NCBI GenBank assembly: GCA_002723035.1
Contig: PBNH01000021.1
Location: 1,272 to 65,271, forward strand
Length of the DNA: 64,000 bases
DNA from: Rhodobiaceae bacterium
Lineage (GTDB): Bacteria; Pseudomonadota; Alphaproteobacteria; MED-G09
Reading direction: 5' to 3'
In this document: one piece after another, positions 49,605-60,206 of the stretch
Numbering within the stretch: position 1 is the first letter of the stretch
How the letters are laid out: every line of letters begins with the position of its first letter
Position numbers and translations under genes: made by a program
The notes under the pieces: generated by a model
Told to the model about the DNA's origin: nothing
The model's database searches: none
The model's input: only the letters and a program-made list of their open reading frames with translations

Positions 49605-51065
49605 ATGATTGAAAATAAACACCCTTCAGGTTTAAGAACATTGTTTTTCACAGAAATGTGGGAGAGAATGTCATACTACGGAATGAGAGGGATACTTGTT
49701 CTTTTCATGACTGCTTCAATTACCAATGGCGGATTAGATTTTAGCAATGCTTCCGCAAGTGCTATTTATGGTATTTATGCTGCTGCAGTTTATTTAATGG
49801 CCTTACCAGGCGGATGGATAGCTGATAATCTTTTTGGTCAACAAAAAACAGTTCTTTTAGGTGGAATTATAATTATGTTTGGCCATCTATCACTGGCAGT
49901 GCCAAATATGAATTTTTTTTATCTTGGTTTAATCCTAATTGTATTGGGTACTGGTCTATTAAAACCAAATATATCAGCAATAGTTGGCGGTTTGTATGAA
50001 AATAATCCCTCGATGAAAGAGTCAGGTTTTACCATTTTTTACATGTCAATAAATATTGGAAGTATTCTAGGTTTCTTTATATGTGGGTATTTGGGTGAAA
50101 ATATAGGTTGGCATTATGGGTTTGGTGCAGCTGGCATTGGAATGTTGCTGGGAGTTTTACAATATAAATTTAATTTAAATTCACTTGGGGATGTAGGACT
50201 TCATCCAGCAAACCTTGTTAGTGAAGTAAAAAAAAAGCAATACAAAAAAATTACACTTACAATTTCAATATTAATTTTGATCTTCATTTCTTCTGGATTA
50301 ACCGGCTTATGGTCAATAAATCCTATACCACTAGCAAATATTTTAACTTTAATAATTGCATCAATTAGTCTCATTTATTTTTTATATATTTATTTTCTTG
50401 GTCAATTAAATAAGAATGAGAAAAAGAAAGTTGTAATGATTTTTATCCTTTTTATTGGAGCTGCATTATTTTGGTCAGGGTTTGATCAAGGTGGAAGTTC
50501 TTTTAATATTTTTGCAAAAGAATACACTAATAGAATTATATTTGGCTGGGAATATCCTGCAAGCTGGATACAGATTTTAAATCCTTTGTTTGTAGTAATT
50601 CTAGCCCCATTCATGTCTTACCTTTGGATTTTTTTAGGTAAAAAGATGCTCGATCCAAGTTTGCCTTTTAAATTTGGATTGGGTTTAATTTTTATGGCTA
50701 TCGGTTTTGTTATAATATCTATAGGAGCCCAAGTAGCTCTAAGTGAAGGGCTTGCTGGAGCAAAATGGTTATTATTAACTTATCTTTTTCATACAGTTGG
50801 AGAGCTTATTTTAAGCCCTATTGGTTTGGCAGCAATATCGTCACTATCGCCAAAAAGATTCATTGGACAAATGATGGGTGTCTGGTTTTTAGCATCTTCT
50901 CTAGGTGCAATTTTAGCAGGTTTAATATCCGGTCAGGCAACTAACGATGGGTTGTCCTCGATGCCTGGTTTGTTTAATCAAATAGCTATAATTGGATCAT
51001 GTTTTGGTTTGTTATTGCTTTTGGTTGCAAGACCAATACAAAACTGGGTTTTCAAAAAGAGTTAA
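49605..51065 (+). CDS. POT/PTR family proton-dependent oligopeptide transporter
   Basis: HP.GL..LFFTEMWERMSYYGMR (ExxER motif), GLLKPNIS, FTIFYMSINIG, GEL.LSPIGL. Confidence 0.93.
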   Translation: MIENKHPSGLRTLFFTEMWERMSYYGMRGILVLFMTASITNGGLDFSNASASAIYGIYAAAVYLMALPGGWIADNLFGQQKTVLLGGIIIMFGHLSLAVPNMNFFYLGLILIVLGTGLLKPNISAIVGGLYENNPSMKESGFTIFYMSINIGSILGFFICGYLGENIGWHYGFGAAGIGMLLGVLQYKFNLNSLGDVGLHPANLVSEVKKKQYKKITLTISILILIFISSGLTGLWSINPIPLANILTLIIASISLIYFLYIYFLGQLNKNEKKKVVMIFILFIGAALFWSGFDQGGSSFNIFAKEYTNRIIFGWEYPASWIQILNPLFVVILAPFMSYLWIFLGKKMLDPSLPFKFGLGLIFMAIGFVIISIGAQVALSEGLAGAKWLLLTYLFHTVGELILSPIGLAAISSLSPKRFIGQMMGVWFLASSLGAILAGLISGQATNDGLSSMPGLFNQIAIIGSCFGLLLLLVARPIQNWVFKKS

Positions 51066-51067
51066 TT

Positions 51068-52615
51068 ATGAGCTGGAAAAATGAAATAGATGAATTAAAA
51101 AAAAGAGAAGCTCTTGCAGAAAAAATGGGTGGGGCTAAAAAATTAGAAAAACAAAAAGAAAATAATCGATTAAATGTTAGAGAGAGAATTGACAAACTTT
51201 TAGATGATAATAGTTTTCATGAGATTGGAAAAATTGCTGGTAATGCCCAATATAATGAAGAAGGTGATTTAGAAAATTTTACACCTACAAATTTTATTGT
51301 TGGAAGAGGAAAAATTAATAAAAAAAGTGTTGTTATTGGGGGTGACGATTTCACTGTCCGTGGAGGGGCTGCTGATGCTTCTATTAGAGAAAAACAAATA
51401 ATGGCGGAGCAAATGGCTAATGAACTTCAGCTTCCATTGATTAGATTAATTGAAGGAACCGGCGGAGGGGGATCAGTAAAATCAATTGATACTGACTCAA
51501 GAACCTATATACCCGCCAATCCTGGCTGGGAATGGGTGATCAATAATCTTTCAACAGTTCCAGTAATTGCATTAGGTCTTGGTCCCGTAGCTGGATTGGG
51601 AGCAGCAAGATTAGTTACTAGTCATTTTTCTATTATGGTTGAAAATATTTCACAATTATTTGTTGCAGGGCCACCAGTAGTTAAAAGATTGGGTCAGGAC
51701 CTTACAAAAGAAGAATTAGGTGGCTCAGAAATTCATTCAAAGAATGGTGCAGTAGATATTTTCGTAAAAAGTGAAGATGAAGCATTTGAAGTAACAAAGA
51801 AAATTTTATCCTATCTACCGCAGTCGGTTTATGAGCTCCCTCAAAGAGGACAAATAACTGATGATCCGGGTAGAAAAGATGAATGGCTTTTGGAGGCAAT
51901 ACCAAAGGATAGAAGAAAAACATATAAAATGAGGAAGATAATAAATGCTCTTGTAGACAAAAGGAGTTTTATTGAAGTAGGAAAAAATTATGGTAAATCA
52001 GTGATTACCGGCCTTGCTAGAATTGACGGTTGGCCAGTGGCATTATTAGCAGGAGATCCATATTATTATGGTGGAGGCTGGACGGCTGACTCATCAAACA
52101 AAGTAACTCGTTTTATTGATATAGCAGAGACCTTTCATCTGCCTGTTATTAATTTAGTTGATAATCCAGGTTTTCTAATTGGTCTTCAATCAGAAAAACA
52201 AGGGACAATTCGCCATGGCGCAAGAGCATTAGCAGCAGTTTATCAAGCAACTGTCCCTTGGTGTTCAGTAATAATTAGAAAAGTTTTCGGAGTTGCAGGT
52301 GCTGCACATATGAATGCATCGAGATACCACTACAGATTTGCTTGGCCATCTGGTGACTGGGGATCCCTTCCTGTTGAGGGTGGCATAGAGGCAGCTTACA
52401 AAGCTGAACTGGAAAAATCTGATAATCCAGAATTATTAATGAAGGAAATAGAAGAAAAAATGGAGAAGGTTCGATCACCTTTTAGAACTGCAGAATCTTT
52501 TATTGCAGAAGAAATAATTGACCCAAGAGATACCAGAAAATATCTATCAGAATTTGTAAATTTAACCTCGAAATTAAGAAAATCAGGTAAAACTAAATTT
52601 GGATTAAGACCTTAA
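51068..52615 (+). CDS. Acyl-CoA carboxylase carboxyltransferase (beta) subunit
   Basis: MGG..K...Q....RL.VRERI, DFTVRGG, FVAGPPVV, EELGG, DNPGF, IIDPRDTR. ATG 51068 is preferred over the overlapping 50999. Confidence 0.88.
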   Translation: MSWKNEIDELKKREALAEKMGGAKKLEKQKENNRLNVRERIDKLLDDNSFHEIGKIAGNAQYNEEGDLENFTPTNFIVGRGKINKKSVVIGGDDFTVRGGAADASIREKQIMAEQMANELQLPLIRLIEGTGGGGSVKSIDTDSRTYIPANPGWEWVINNLSTVPVIALGLGPVAGLGAARLVTSHFSIMVENISQLFVAGPPVVKRLGQDLTKEELGGSEIHSKNGAVDIFVKSEDEAFEVTKKILSYLPQSVYELPQRGQITDDPGRKDEWLLEAIPKDRRKTYKMRKIINALVDKRSFIEVGKNYGKSVITGLARIDGWPVALLAGDPYYYGGGWTADSSNKVTRFIDIAETFHLPVINLVDNPGFLIGLQSEKQGTIRHGARALAAVYQATVPWCSVIIRKVFGVAGAAHMNASRYHYRFAWPSGDWGSLPVEGGIEAAYKAELEKSDNPELLMKEIEEKMEKVRSPFRTAESFIAEEIIDPRDTRKYLSEFVNLTSKLRKSGKTKFGLRP

Positions 52616-52660
52616 AAAAATAAAATAAATAATTTGATCTAATAAATTCAATAAGTTATT

Positions 52661-52730
52661 TTGATAATCATTCTCAATAGTTGTAATTTTACAACACATA
52701 CTTGCATTCTTTGTATCTTTTGTATATAAA
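52661..52730 (+). promoter_or_regulatory. gltB upstream region: Fur-type box, second palindrome and sigma70 promoter
   Basis: TTGATAATCATTCTCAA (52661-52677), GTTGTAA-TT-TTACAAC (52680-52695), TTGCAT-N17-TATAAA (52702-52730). Confidence 0.55.
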
Positions 52731-52818
52731 AATACTTCTTAGAAATTTTTTTCTTTACCTAAATAATAATAATTAACATTTTTATTTTGAAAAAGAGTAA
52801 GCAACGGCGATTTATTTT

Positions 52819-55800
52819 ATGTCTGAAAAAAAAACAAAATTTAAAATAGCAGGACTCCCAAAAGCCCAAGGTCTTTACAATCCTGTTAATGAGCACGATG
52901 CTTGTGGTGTCGGTATGGTTCTTGACATTAAAAATAGAGCTTCATTTGATATCGTTGAAAAAGGCCTCGCTATGCTTTGCAATCTCGAACATAGGGGTGC
53001 CGTTGGGGCTGATCCAAAAGCCGGCGATGGTTCCGGATTACTTATACAAATACCTCATAAATTTTTAGAAAAAAAAGTTTCTAAAAACTTCTCCCTGCCA
53101 GAGCCTGGTAATTATGCTGTTGGTGTAATGTTTTTACCTGATAATAATAATGACGATGAAAAAATTAAAAAATTAGTTGAAGATGTTTGTACAAAAGAAG
53201 GGGTTAAGATTCTAGGTTGGAGACTCTGCCCAACCTATACTAAAGAACTAGGTTGGTCTGTTTTACCATCAACGCCAATTGTATATCAATTATTTCTAGA
53301 GAAACCAGAAACTGAAAAATCACAAGATGATTTTGAGAGAAAACTATACATTCTAAGACGATGCATTGAAAAAGCAGTTTTGGAAATATCAAATGATATT
53401 AAAGAAGGATTTTACATACCGTCCTTTTCATCTCGAACAATTTTATACAAAGGTATGGTTTTAGCCGATCAAGTTGGTGGGCTTGGTGAAAAATTAGGCT
53501 TTTATGAAGATCTCACAGATAATGATATAGAATCTTCATTTGCTTTAATACATCAGAGGTTTTCTACAAATACATTCCCAACTTGGAGTTTATCTCAACC
53601 TTTTAGAATGCTTTGTCATAATGGAGAAATAAATACTGTCAGAGGTAATATTAACTGGATGAATGCTCGTCAAAAGAATCTGGCTTCTCCAGCTTTTTCA
53701 GAAAAAGATCTAAATAAGTTATGGCCAATTATTGAAGAAGGACAGTCTGATACAGCGTCATTTGACAATGCACTAGAGCTTCTTGTTCAAGGGGGATACT
53801 CTATAGCCGAAGCAATGCTAATTATGGTCCCTGAAGCTTGGCAAAATAATGACATTATGGATAAAAAACTCAAAAGTTTTTATGAATATCATGCTCCAAT
53901 AATGGAGCCTTGGGATGGTCCAGCCAATATTGCCTTTACCGATGGTAAACAAATTGGTGCATTACTTGATAGAAATGGTCTTAGGCCTGCAAGATATTTA
54001 ATTACAGATGACGACAAGGTAATCTTTGCATCTGAAATGGGTTTAATTCCTGTTGATGAGTCAAAGGTTAAATCTAAATGGAGATTAGAACCTGGTAAAA
54101 TGCTCTTAATCGATCTTGAAAAAGGCGCCATGGTCAAAGATCATGAAATAAAGGAATTTGTTGCCAATAAAAGACCTTGGAAAAAGCTTTTAGATTTAAA
54201 TCAACTTAATATTGAAGAAATCCCGAGTTCAGATGATAATTTTAAGAGTAAATTTTCCACCAAAGATCTTCAAAAAGCTTTTGGATATACTCAAGAAGAT
54301 GAAAAATTTCTTATAAATCCTATGATTGCAAATGGTATGGAGGCCACTGGTTCTATGGGGACGGATACTCCAATAGCTCCATTATCACTTAAAAATAAAC
54401 CACTCTTTACATATTTTAAACAAAAGTTCGCGCAAGTTACCAATCCTCCTATCGACCCGATCCGAGAAGAAATGGTCATGTCTGTCAATAATTACATTGG
54501 ACCTAGACCAAATGTTTTAAACCTCGACCAAAAAGAAGTCTCAAAATTTATAAAAATTGATACGCCAATTTTAAATGAAAAAGATGCAAATAAAATTAGA
54601 AGTTTATCAAAAGAGAATAACTCTTTCATGTCATCAACTGAAATAGACATCACCTTTAATTCTGAAAAAGAAAACATAAAAACTGTCTTAAAGAAAGTTT
54701 GCAAAAAAGCTGAAAGTGAAATTAATAATGGTAAAACAATTATTATTTTAACAGATAAATATATTTCTGAAGAAAAGATACCAATCCCCTCTCTTCTTGT
54801 AACCTCAAAAGTTCATCAATATTTAATTGAAAAAGGTCTAAGAACATCTGCAGGTTTAATTATTGAGACTGGAGAAGCTAGAGAGATACATCATTTTTGT
54901 TGTTTAGCTGGTTACGGAGCAGATGCAATTCACCCTTGGCTTGCGCACCAAGTTGTCAGAGCTTTGTCTGGAATAAATGATGACGAAAAAGCTATCGAAA
55001 ATTATATTAAAGCTATTGGCAAGGGAATAAAAAAAGTAATGTCAAAAATGGGTATATGCACATACCAGTCTTATTGTGGTGCTCAGATATTTGACGCAAT
55101 AGGTCTTTCAACTCAATTTATTGATGAGTTTTTTACAGGCACTTCTAGCCTGGTAGAGGGTCTAGGTATTTCTGAAATTGAAGAAGAAACAATTTCTAGG
55201 CATAAAGGAGCATTTTCACAAGTTCCAGGTTTAGAAAATTTACTTGATGTTGGCGGAGAATACGCTGTTCGTTTAAGAGGTGAAAGACATTCCTGGGAGA
55301 GTGATACTGTAAGAGATCTTCAACATGCAGCTCGCGCAAATAATCCAGAGACTTATCAAAAATATGCTGACTCTATGAATATTCAGAATGAAAAATTAAT
55401 GACTCTGCGAGGACTTTTTAAAATTAAAAATGCTGAAGACATTGCTAGAAAGTCAATACCAATTGAAGAGGTAGAAGAAGCTAAGGAAATTGTCAAACGC
55501 TTCGCAACCGGTGCAATGTCATTTGGTTCAATAAGCAGAGAGGCACACACCACTCTTGCGATAGCGATGAACAGGATTGGTGGTCGTTCAAATACAGGTG
55601 AAGGTGGGGAAGAAGCCGATCGTTTCCTTGCTTTAGAAAATGGCGATTCGATGCGCTCTTCAATAAAACAAGTTGCATCTGGACGTTTCGGTGTAACTGC
55701 GGAATACCTTGCAAACTCTGATATGATACAAATAAAAATGGCACAAGGTGCCAAGCCCGGTGAAGGTGGCCAGCTTCCTGGTCACAAAGTTGATCAAACC

Positions 55801-57432
55801 ATTGCAAATGTTAGATTTTCCACTCCTGGTGTCGGTTTAATTTCACCACCTCCTCACCATGATATCTATTCAATAGAAGATTTAGCACAATTAATTTACG
55901 ATTTAAAAAATACAAATCCATCCGCGGATATTTCAGTAAAATTAGTCTCGGAAGTCGGTGTTGGTACCGTTGCAGCAGGGGTATCAAAAGCTAAAGCAGA
56001 CCATGTTACAATTTCTGGATTTGAAGGCGGTACAGGAGCAAGCCCTCTTACATCGATTAAGCATGCTGGCAGTCCATGGGAATTAGGACTAGCAGAAACC
56101 CATCAAACATTAGTGATTAACGGATTGCGCTCAAGAATAACAGTTCAAGCCGATGGTGGTTTAAAAACTGGCCGCGACGTTGTTATAGCAGCTCTACTTG
56201 GTGCCGATGAATTTGGTTTTTCTACAGCACCACTTATAGCAACAGGGTGTATAATGATGAGAAAATGTCATCTGAATACCTGTCCTGTTGGAATTGCTAC
56301 ACAAGATCCAGAGCTAAGAAAATTATTTAATGGTCAACCGGAGGATGTAATTAACTTCTTTTTCTTTGTAGCCGAAGAAGCAAGGTCATATATGAGTAAA
56401 ATGGGTTTTAAAACCTTTGATGAAATGATTGGACAAACACAATTTTTAGATACAAACGAAGCAGTTAAGCATTGGAAAACAAAAGGTATGGATTTTGAAA
56501 AATTATTTTATAAACCTGAACCTTGGAAAGGAGATACCCTTTATAGAAGTCAAGAACAAGATCACGACATACATGAAATTTTAGATAGAAAATTAATTAA
56601 GCAATCCGAACAAGCAATAAATAAATTTCAACCAGTTCAAATAAAATCAGAAATTAAAAATACTGATCGTTCAACGGGAGCAATGCTATCAGGAGCAATA
56701 GCAAAAATTCATGGTCATAAAGGTCTTGCCGATGACACAATAAATATTAAATTAAAAGGAACTGCTGGTCAGAGTTTCGGGGTTTTCTTAGCAAAAGGTG
56801 TTTCACTTAATTTAGAGGGTGAAGGGAATGACTACGTCGGTAAAGGAATTTCTGGAGGTCGTATATCTATATACCCTCCAAGTAATTCAAAAATAATACC
56901 TGAAGAAAATATTATTGTTGGAAATACTGTTCTTTATGGAGGTATTACTGGAGAGTGTTACTTTAACGGTATTGCAGGAGAGAGATTCGCTGTAAGAAAT
57001 TCTGGTGCAACCGCAATAGTTGAAGGTTCAGGTGATCATTGCTGCGAATACATGACTGGCGGTGTTGTTGTTGTCTTGGGTAAGGTTGGAAGAAACTTTG
57101 GCGCTGGCATGTCTGGAGGTATTGCCTACGTTTTAGATGAAGATGATAAATTTAAAAGTCTATATAATCCTGAAATGATTGAACTCGAAGACATTAATAT
57201 AAGTGATAATGAAGCACATACAGAAAACCTTCTCATCAATGATAAAGATAGATTAAAAAGTTTAATTGAAAATCATTACCGTTATACCAAGAGTCCTAAA
57301 GCTAAAAGAATTTTAGATAATTTTGAAAATTATCTGCCAAAATTTACTAAAGTAATGCCAACAGAATATAAAAGAGTGCTTATGGAAATGTATTCAAATT
57401 TAGAAAAATCTAAAAGTTCAGTAAAAGGATAA
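52819..57432 (+). CDS. gltB: Glutamate synthase large subunit
   Basis: HDACGVG, HQRFSTNT, EPWDGPA, QVASGRFGV, KMAQGAKPGEGGQLPG, CIMMRKCHLNTCPVG. Confidence 0.98.
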   Translation: MSEKKTKFKIAGLPKAQGLYNPVNEHDACGVGMVLDIKNRASFDIVEKGLAMLCNLEHRGAVGADPKAGDGSGLLIQIPHKFLEKKVSKNFSLPEPGNYAVGVMFLPDNNNDDEKIKKLVEDVCTKEGVKILGWRLCPTYTKELGWSVLPSTPIVYQLFLEKPETEKSQDDFERKLYILRRCIEKAVLEISNDIKEGFYIPSFSSRTILYKGMVLADQVGGLGEKLGFYEDLTDNDIESSFALIHQRFSTNTFPTWSLSQPFRMLCHNGEINTVRGNINWMNARQKNLASPAFSEKDLNKLWPIIEEGQSDTASFDNALELLVQGGYSIAEAMLIMVPEAWQNNDIMDKKLKSFYEYHAPIMEPWDGPANIAFTDGKQIGALLDRNGLRPARYLITDDDKVIFASEMGLIPVDESKVKSKWRLEPGKMLLIDLEKGAMVKDHEIKEFVANKRPWKKLLDLNQLNIEEIPSSDDNFKSKFSTKDLQKAFGYTQEDEKFLINPMIANGMEATGSMGTDTPIAPLSLKNKPLFTYFKQKFAQVTNPPIDPIREEMVMSVNNYIGPRPNVLNLDQKEVSKFIKIDTPILNEKDANKIRSLSKENNSFMSSTEIDITFNSEKENIKTVLKKVCKKAESEINNGKTIIILTDKYISEEKIPIPSLLVTSKVHQYLIEKGLRTSAGLIIETGEAREIHHFCCLAGYGADAIHPWLAHQVVRALSGINDDEKAIENYIKAIGKGIKKVMSKMGICTYQSYCGAQIFDAIGLSTQFIDEFFTGTSSLVEGLGISEIEEETISRHKGAFSQVPGLENLLDVGGEYAVRLRGERHSWESDTVRDLQHAARANNPETYQKYADSMNIQNEKLMTLRGLFKIKNAEDIARKSIPIEEVEEAKEIVKRFATGAMSFGSISREAHTTLAIAMNRIGGRSNTGEGGEEADRFLALENGDSMRSSIKQVASGRFGVTAEYLANSDMIQIKMAQGAKPGEGGQLPGHKVDQTIANVRFSTPGVGLISPPPHHDIYSIEDLAQLIYDLKNTNPSADISVKLVSEVGVGTVAAGVSKAKADHVTISGFEGGTGASPLTSIKHAGSPWELGLAETHQTLVINGLRSRITVQADGGLKTGRDVVIAALLGADEFGFSTAPLIATGCIMMRKCHLNTCPVGIATQDPELRKLFNGQPEDVINFFFFVAEEARSYMSKMGFKTFDEMIGQTQFLDTNEAVKHWKTKGMDFEKLFYKPEPWKGDTLYRSQEQDHDIHEILDRKLIKQSEQAINKFQPVQIKSEIKNTDRSTGAMLSGAIAKIHGHKGLADDTINIKLKGTAGQSFGVFLAKGVSLNLEGEGNDYVGKGISGGRISIYPPSNSKIIPEENIIVGNTVLYGGITGECYFNGIAGERFAVRNSGATAIVEGSGDHCCEYMTGGVVVVLGKVGRNFGAGMSGGIAYVLDEDDKFKSLYNPEMIELEDINISDNEAHTENLLINDKDRLKSLIENHYRYTKSPKAKRILDNFENYLPKFTKVMPTEYKRVLMEMYSNLEKSKSSVKG

Positions 57433-57435
57433 GAA

Positions 57436-58857
57436 ATGGGCAAACCTACAGGATTTATGGATATAGAAAAAATTGATAGAGGGTATAAGCCTGTATCTGA
57501 AAGAATTTCAAATTATAAAGAGTTTGTTGTTCCTTTATCAAAAGAAGAAACTATAGGTCAAGCTGCGAGATGCATGGACTGCGGTGTCCCTTATTGTCAT
57601 AATGGATGTCCAGTAAATAACCAAATTCCAGATTGGAATGATTTAGTTTATTCAAATGATTGGAAAAATGCACTTGAAAATTTACACTCTACAAATAATT
57701 TTCCAGAGTTTACCGGAAGAATTTGCCCTGCCCCTTGTGAAGCAGCTTGTACTTTAAATTTATATGAAGAACCGGTCTCAATTAAAACAATTGAATGCGC
57801 AATTATTGATAGAGGTTTTGAGGAAGGCTGGATTAAACCAAAAATTATTAATATTAAATCAGGAAAAAAAGTAGCTATTATTGGCGCAGGCCCAGCAGGA
57901 CTTGCTTGTGCTCAACAACTTACAAGAGCCGGCCATGAAGTAACTGTTTATGAAAAAAATAATAAAGCTGGTGGTCTCTTAAGGTATGGTATTCCTGATT
58001 TTAAAATGGAAAAACATGTAATTGATAGGCGTATAAATCAATTAGAAGGTGAAGGAACAATTTTTAAATATGGAGTCAATATTGGTATAGATATATCGAT
58101 TGAAGATCTTGAGAATGAATATGATGCTATTGTATTATCAGGTGGATCTGAACACCCTAGGGATTTACCGGTTGAGGGCAGAGATTTAGATGGTATTCAT
58201 TTTGCAATGGAATTTTTACCTCAACAAAACAAAAGAGTTTCTAATGAAGGAGTTCCTTCATCAACCAAAGAAATACTTGCCACTAATAAAAATGTTATAG
58301 TTATTGGTGGTGGCGATACAGGCTCTGACTGCATAGGAACTTCTATAAGGCAAGGAGCAGAGTCAGTTACTCAACTTGAAATTATGCCTATACCGCCTGA
58401 GCAGGAAAATAAATCTTTAACTTGGCCAAATTGGCCTCTGAAATTAAGGACATCCTCAAGTCAATCCGAGGGTGCCCTCAGGGATTTCTCTGTTATGACA
58501 CAGAGTGTTTCTGGAGAAAATGGAAAAGTTGAAAGTATAAATTGTGTTAAAGTTGATGAAAAAATGAAACCAATACCAAAAACAGAGTTTAGTCTAAAAG
58601 CCGATCTTATATTATTGGCTATGGGTTTTGTTCATCCTATACACGAAGGTTTAATTGAAAATTCAAAAACAGAACTCGATGAAAGAGGTAATGTAAAAGC
58701 TAACACATATGACTATAAAACTTCTGCTAATAAAATTTTTACAGCTGGTGATATGAGACGAGGACAGTCTCTTGTTGTTTGGGCTATTAGAGAAGGAAGG
58801 CAATGTGCAAGTTCTGTTGATTATTTCCTAACAGGTGAAAAAAATCTTCCAACCTAA
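57436..58857 (+). CDS. gltD: Glutamate synthase small subunit
   Basis: [62 protein letters not shown]. Confidence 0.97.
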   Translation: MGKPTGFMDIEKIDRGYKPVSERISNYKEFVVPLSKEETIGQAARCMDCGVPYCHNGCPVNNQIPDWNDLVYSNDWKNALENLHSTNNFPEFTGRICPAPCEAACTLNLYEEPVSIKTIECAIIDRGFEEGWIKPKIINIKSGKKVAIIGAGPAGLACAQQLTRAGHEVTVYEKNNKAGGLLRYGIPDFKMEKHVIDRRINQLEGEGTIFKYGVNIGIDISIEDLENEYDAIVLSGGSEHPRDLPVEGRDLDGIHFAMEFLPQQNKRVSNEGVPSSTKEILATNKNVIVIGGGDTGSDCIGTSIRQGAESVTQLEIMPIPPEQENKSLTWPNWPLKLRTSSSQSEGALRDFSVMTQSVSGENGKVESINCVKVDEKMKPIPKTEFSLKADLILLAMGFVHPIHEGLIENSKTELDERGNVKANTYDYKTSANKIFTAGDMRRGQSLVVWAIREGRQCASSVDYFLTGEKNLPT

Positions 58858-60206
58858 ATACTCGACCTCAACATGTCATCTACAACTCTCTCAAGATCAA
58901 ACAAAGAACTACAAACTTTTGATTTAGAGCAATATGGTACAAACCTTAGCATTTCAGAATCTCCAGTACCCCACACTGATTTTGGTTCAGGGTTTAAAAA
59001 TAAAATTCTTTTTGATTTTTCTTGAATTGTTTTGAGAACATCACATCTTGGATCTCCATAATTAGAGCGTGCATCTCCCAATATTATAACAGTTGTTTTT
59101 CTATCAATGTTATTTTCCAAATACCCCTCAAGATCAACAAAGGCTTGTCCATAATCTGTAGATCCACCACCATTAAGTAATAGGGTTTCGGCTGCAGCAA
59201 TATTAATATCCTTATTTTCAAAAAGATCAGTAACCTCTCCAGCTTTATTTGAAAATGCAAATGTTCTGACATTTGGAAGTATTTCAGTAAGACTATGAAG
59301 GAACATCAAAAAAAACCTTGATACATTAGCTACTGATCCAGAAACGTCACAAAGAGCAACAATTTTTGGTCTATCAACTTTTGTTTTTTTCCAAACAGTT
59401 TCGAATAAAATACCTTCATATTCTTGATTTGCTCTTATTGTTGAACGAATATCCAGCAAGCCCCTTTGTGATTTTCTTTTTCTCCTTGAATGGACAGATA
59501 TTAATTTTTTTGCCATTTTTTTTATTATTCCTGACATAATTTTATAGTCAGATTTATCGGCTTGTGTTAATCGCATTTGCGATAATGCATCTTCTCTTAA
59601 TTGTTTGCCAGTATTTGATGTTCTCAGCTTTACTTGATTTTCAATATAATCTCTGATCTCAATACGAAGATTTTCTCTTATATTTTTTAATTCTTCCTCT
59701 CTTTGTGTCTTTCCATCTCTAGAAGCCTGAAAAATATCATTGTTAAGAGTTTCAAGCCCCATTTCATCAAATATTTTACGTGTAAACATTCCTACTTGTG
59801 TAAAAAGTTTTATATCTTGAAGATTTGCATCTCTTGCCGCCAATGCCATAGCAGTCATAAGAGATGTTTTGTCAGAATTTTTATAAAGTTCCTCAAGATT
59901 ATTTTGGAAATTATCTGAATCCTTTATATCCCCAAGTTTAATATTTTTATCATCAAATATTTTGGGCAACTTCTCATCATTAAAATTCATATAATTTTCT
60001 TCAAAAAAATTATCAAAACATTCGCTAAATATTTCTTTCTCTCTTAAAGTTTTTGCTAATGAAAAAGAAAGAGAGTCCTTTAATAAAGACCTGTCATTGA
60101 GGCCGATTTTGGAAACAACATTCATAGCATCAATACTCTCTGATGTTGAAACTCTTAAATCAGATGATCTGAGAATATGAATAAAATCTCTTAAGAAATC
60201 CACCAT
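58854..60206 (-). CDS. VWA domain protein, CoxE-like
   Basis: F...LR...[42 protein letters not shown]...WGTGDS.M. Confidence 0.85.
   Translation of the reverse strand: MVDFLRDFIHILRSSDLRVSTSESIDAMNVVSKIGLNDRSLLKDSLSFSLAKTLREKEIFSECFDNFFEENYMNFNDEKLPKIFDDKNIKLGDIKDSDNFQNNLEELYKNSDKTSLMTAMALAARDANLQDIKLFTQVGMFTRKIFDEMGLETLNNDIFQASRDGKTQREEELKNIRENLRIEIRDYIENQVKLRTSNTGKQLREDALSQMRLTQADKSDYKIMSGIIKKMAKKLISVHSRRKRKSQRGLLDIRSTIRANQEYEGILFETVWKKTKVDRPKIVALCDVSGSVANVSRFFLMFLHSLTEILPNVRTFAFSNKAGEVTDLFENKDINIAAAETLLLNGGGSTDYGQAFVDLEGYLENNIDRKTTVIILGDARSNYGDPRCDVLKTIQEKSKRILFLNPEPKSVWGTGDSEMLRFVPYCSKSKVCSSLFDLERVVDDMLRSSI

Noticed and set aside
50999..51067. Hydrophobic N-terminal extension on the carboxyltransferase
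   Set aside because: It overlaps the POT transporter 3' end. Family similarity starts at MSW (ATG 51068), 2 bp after the upstream stop.
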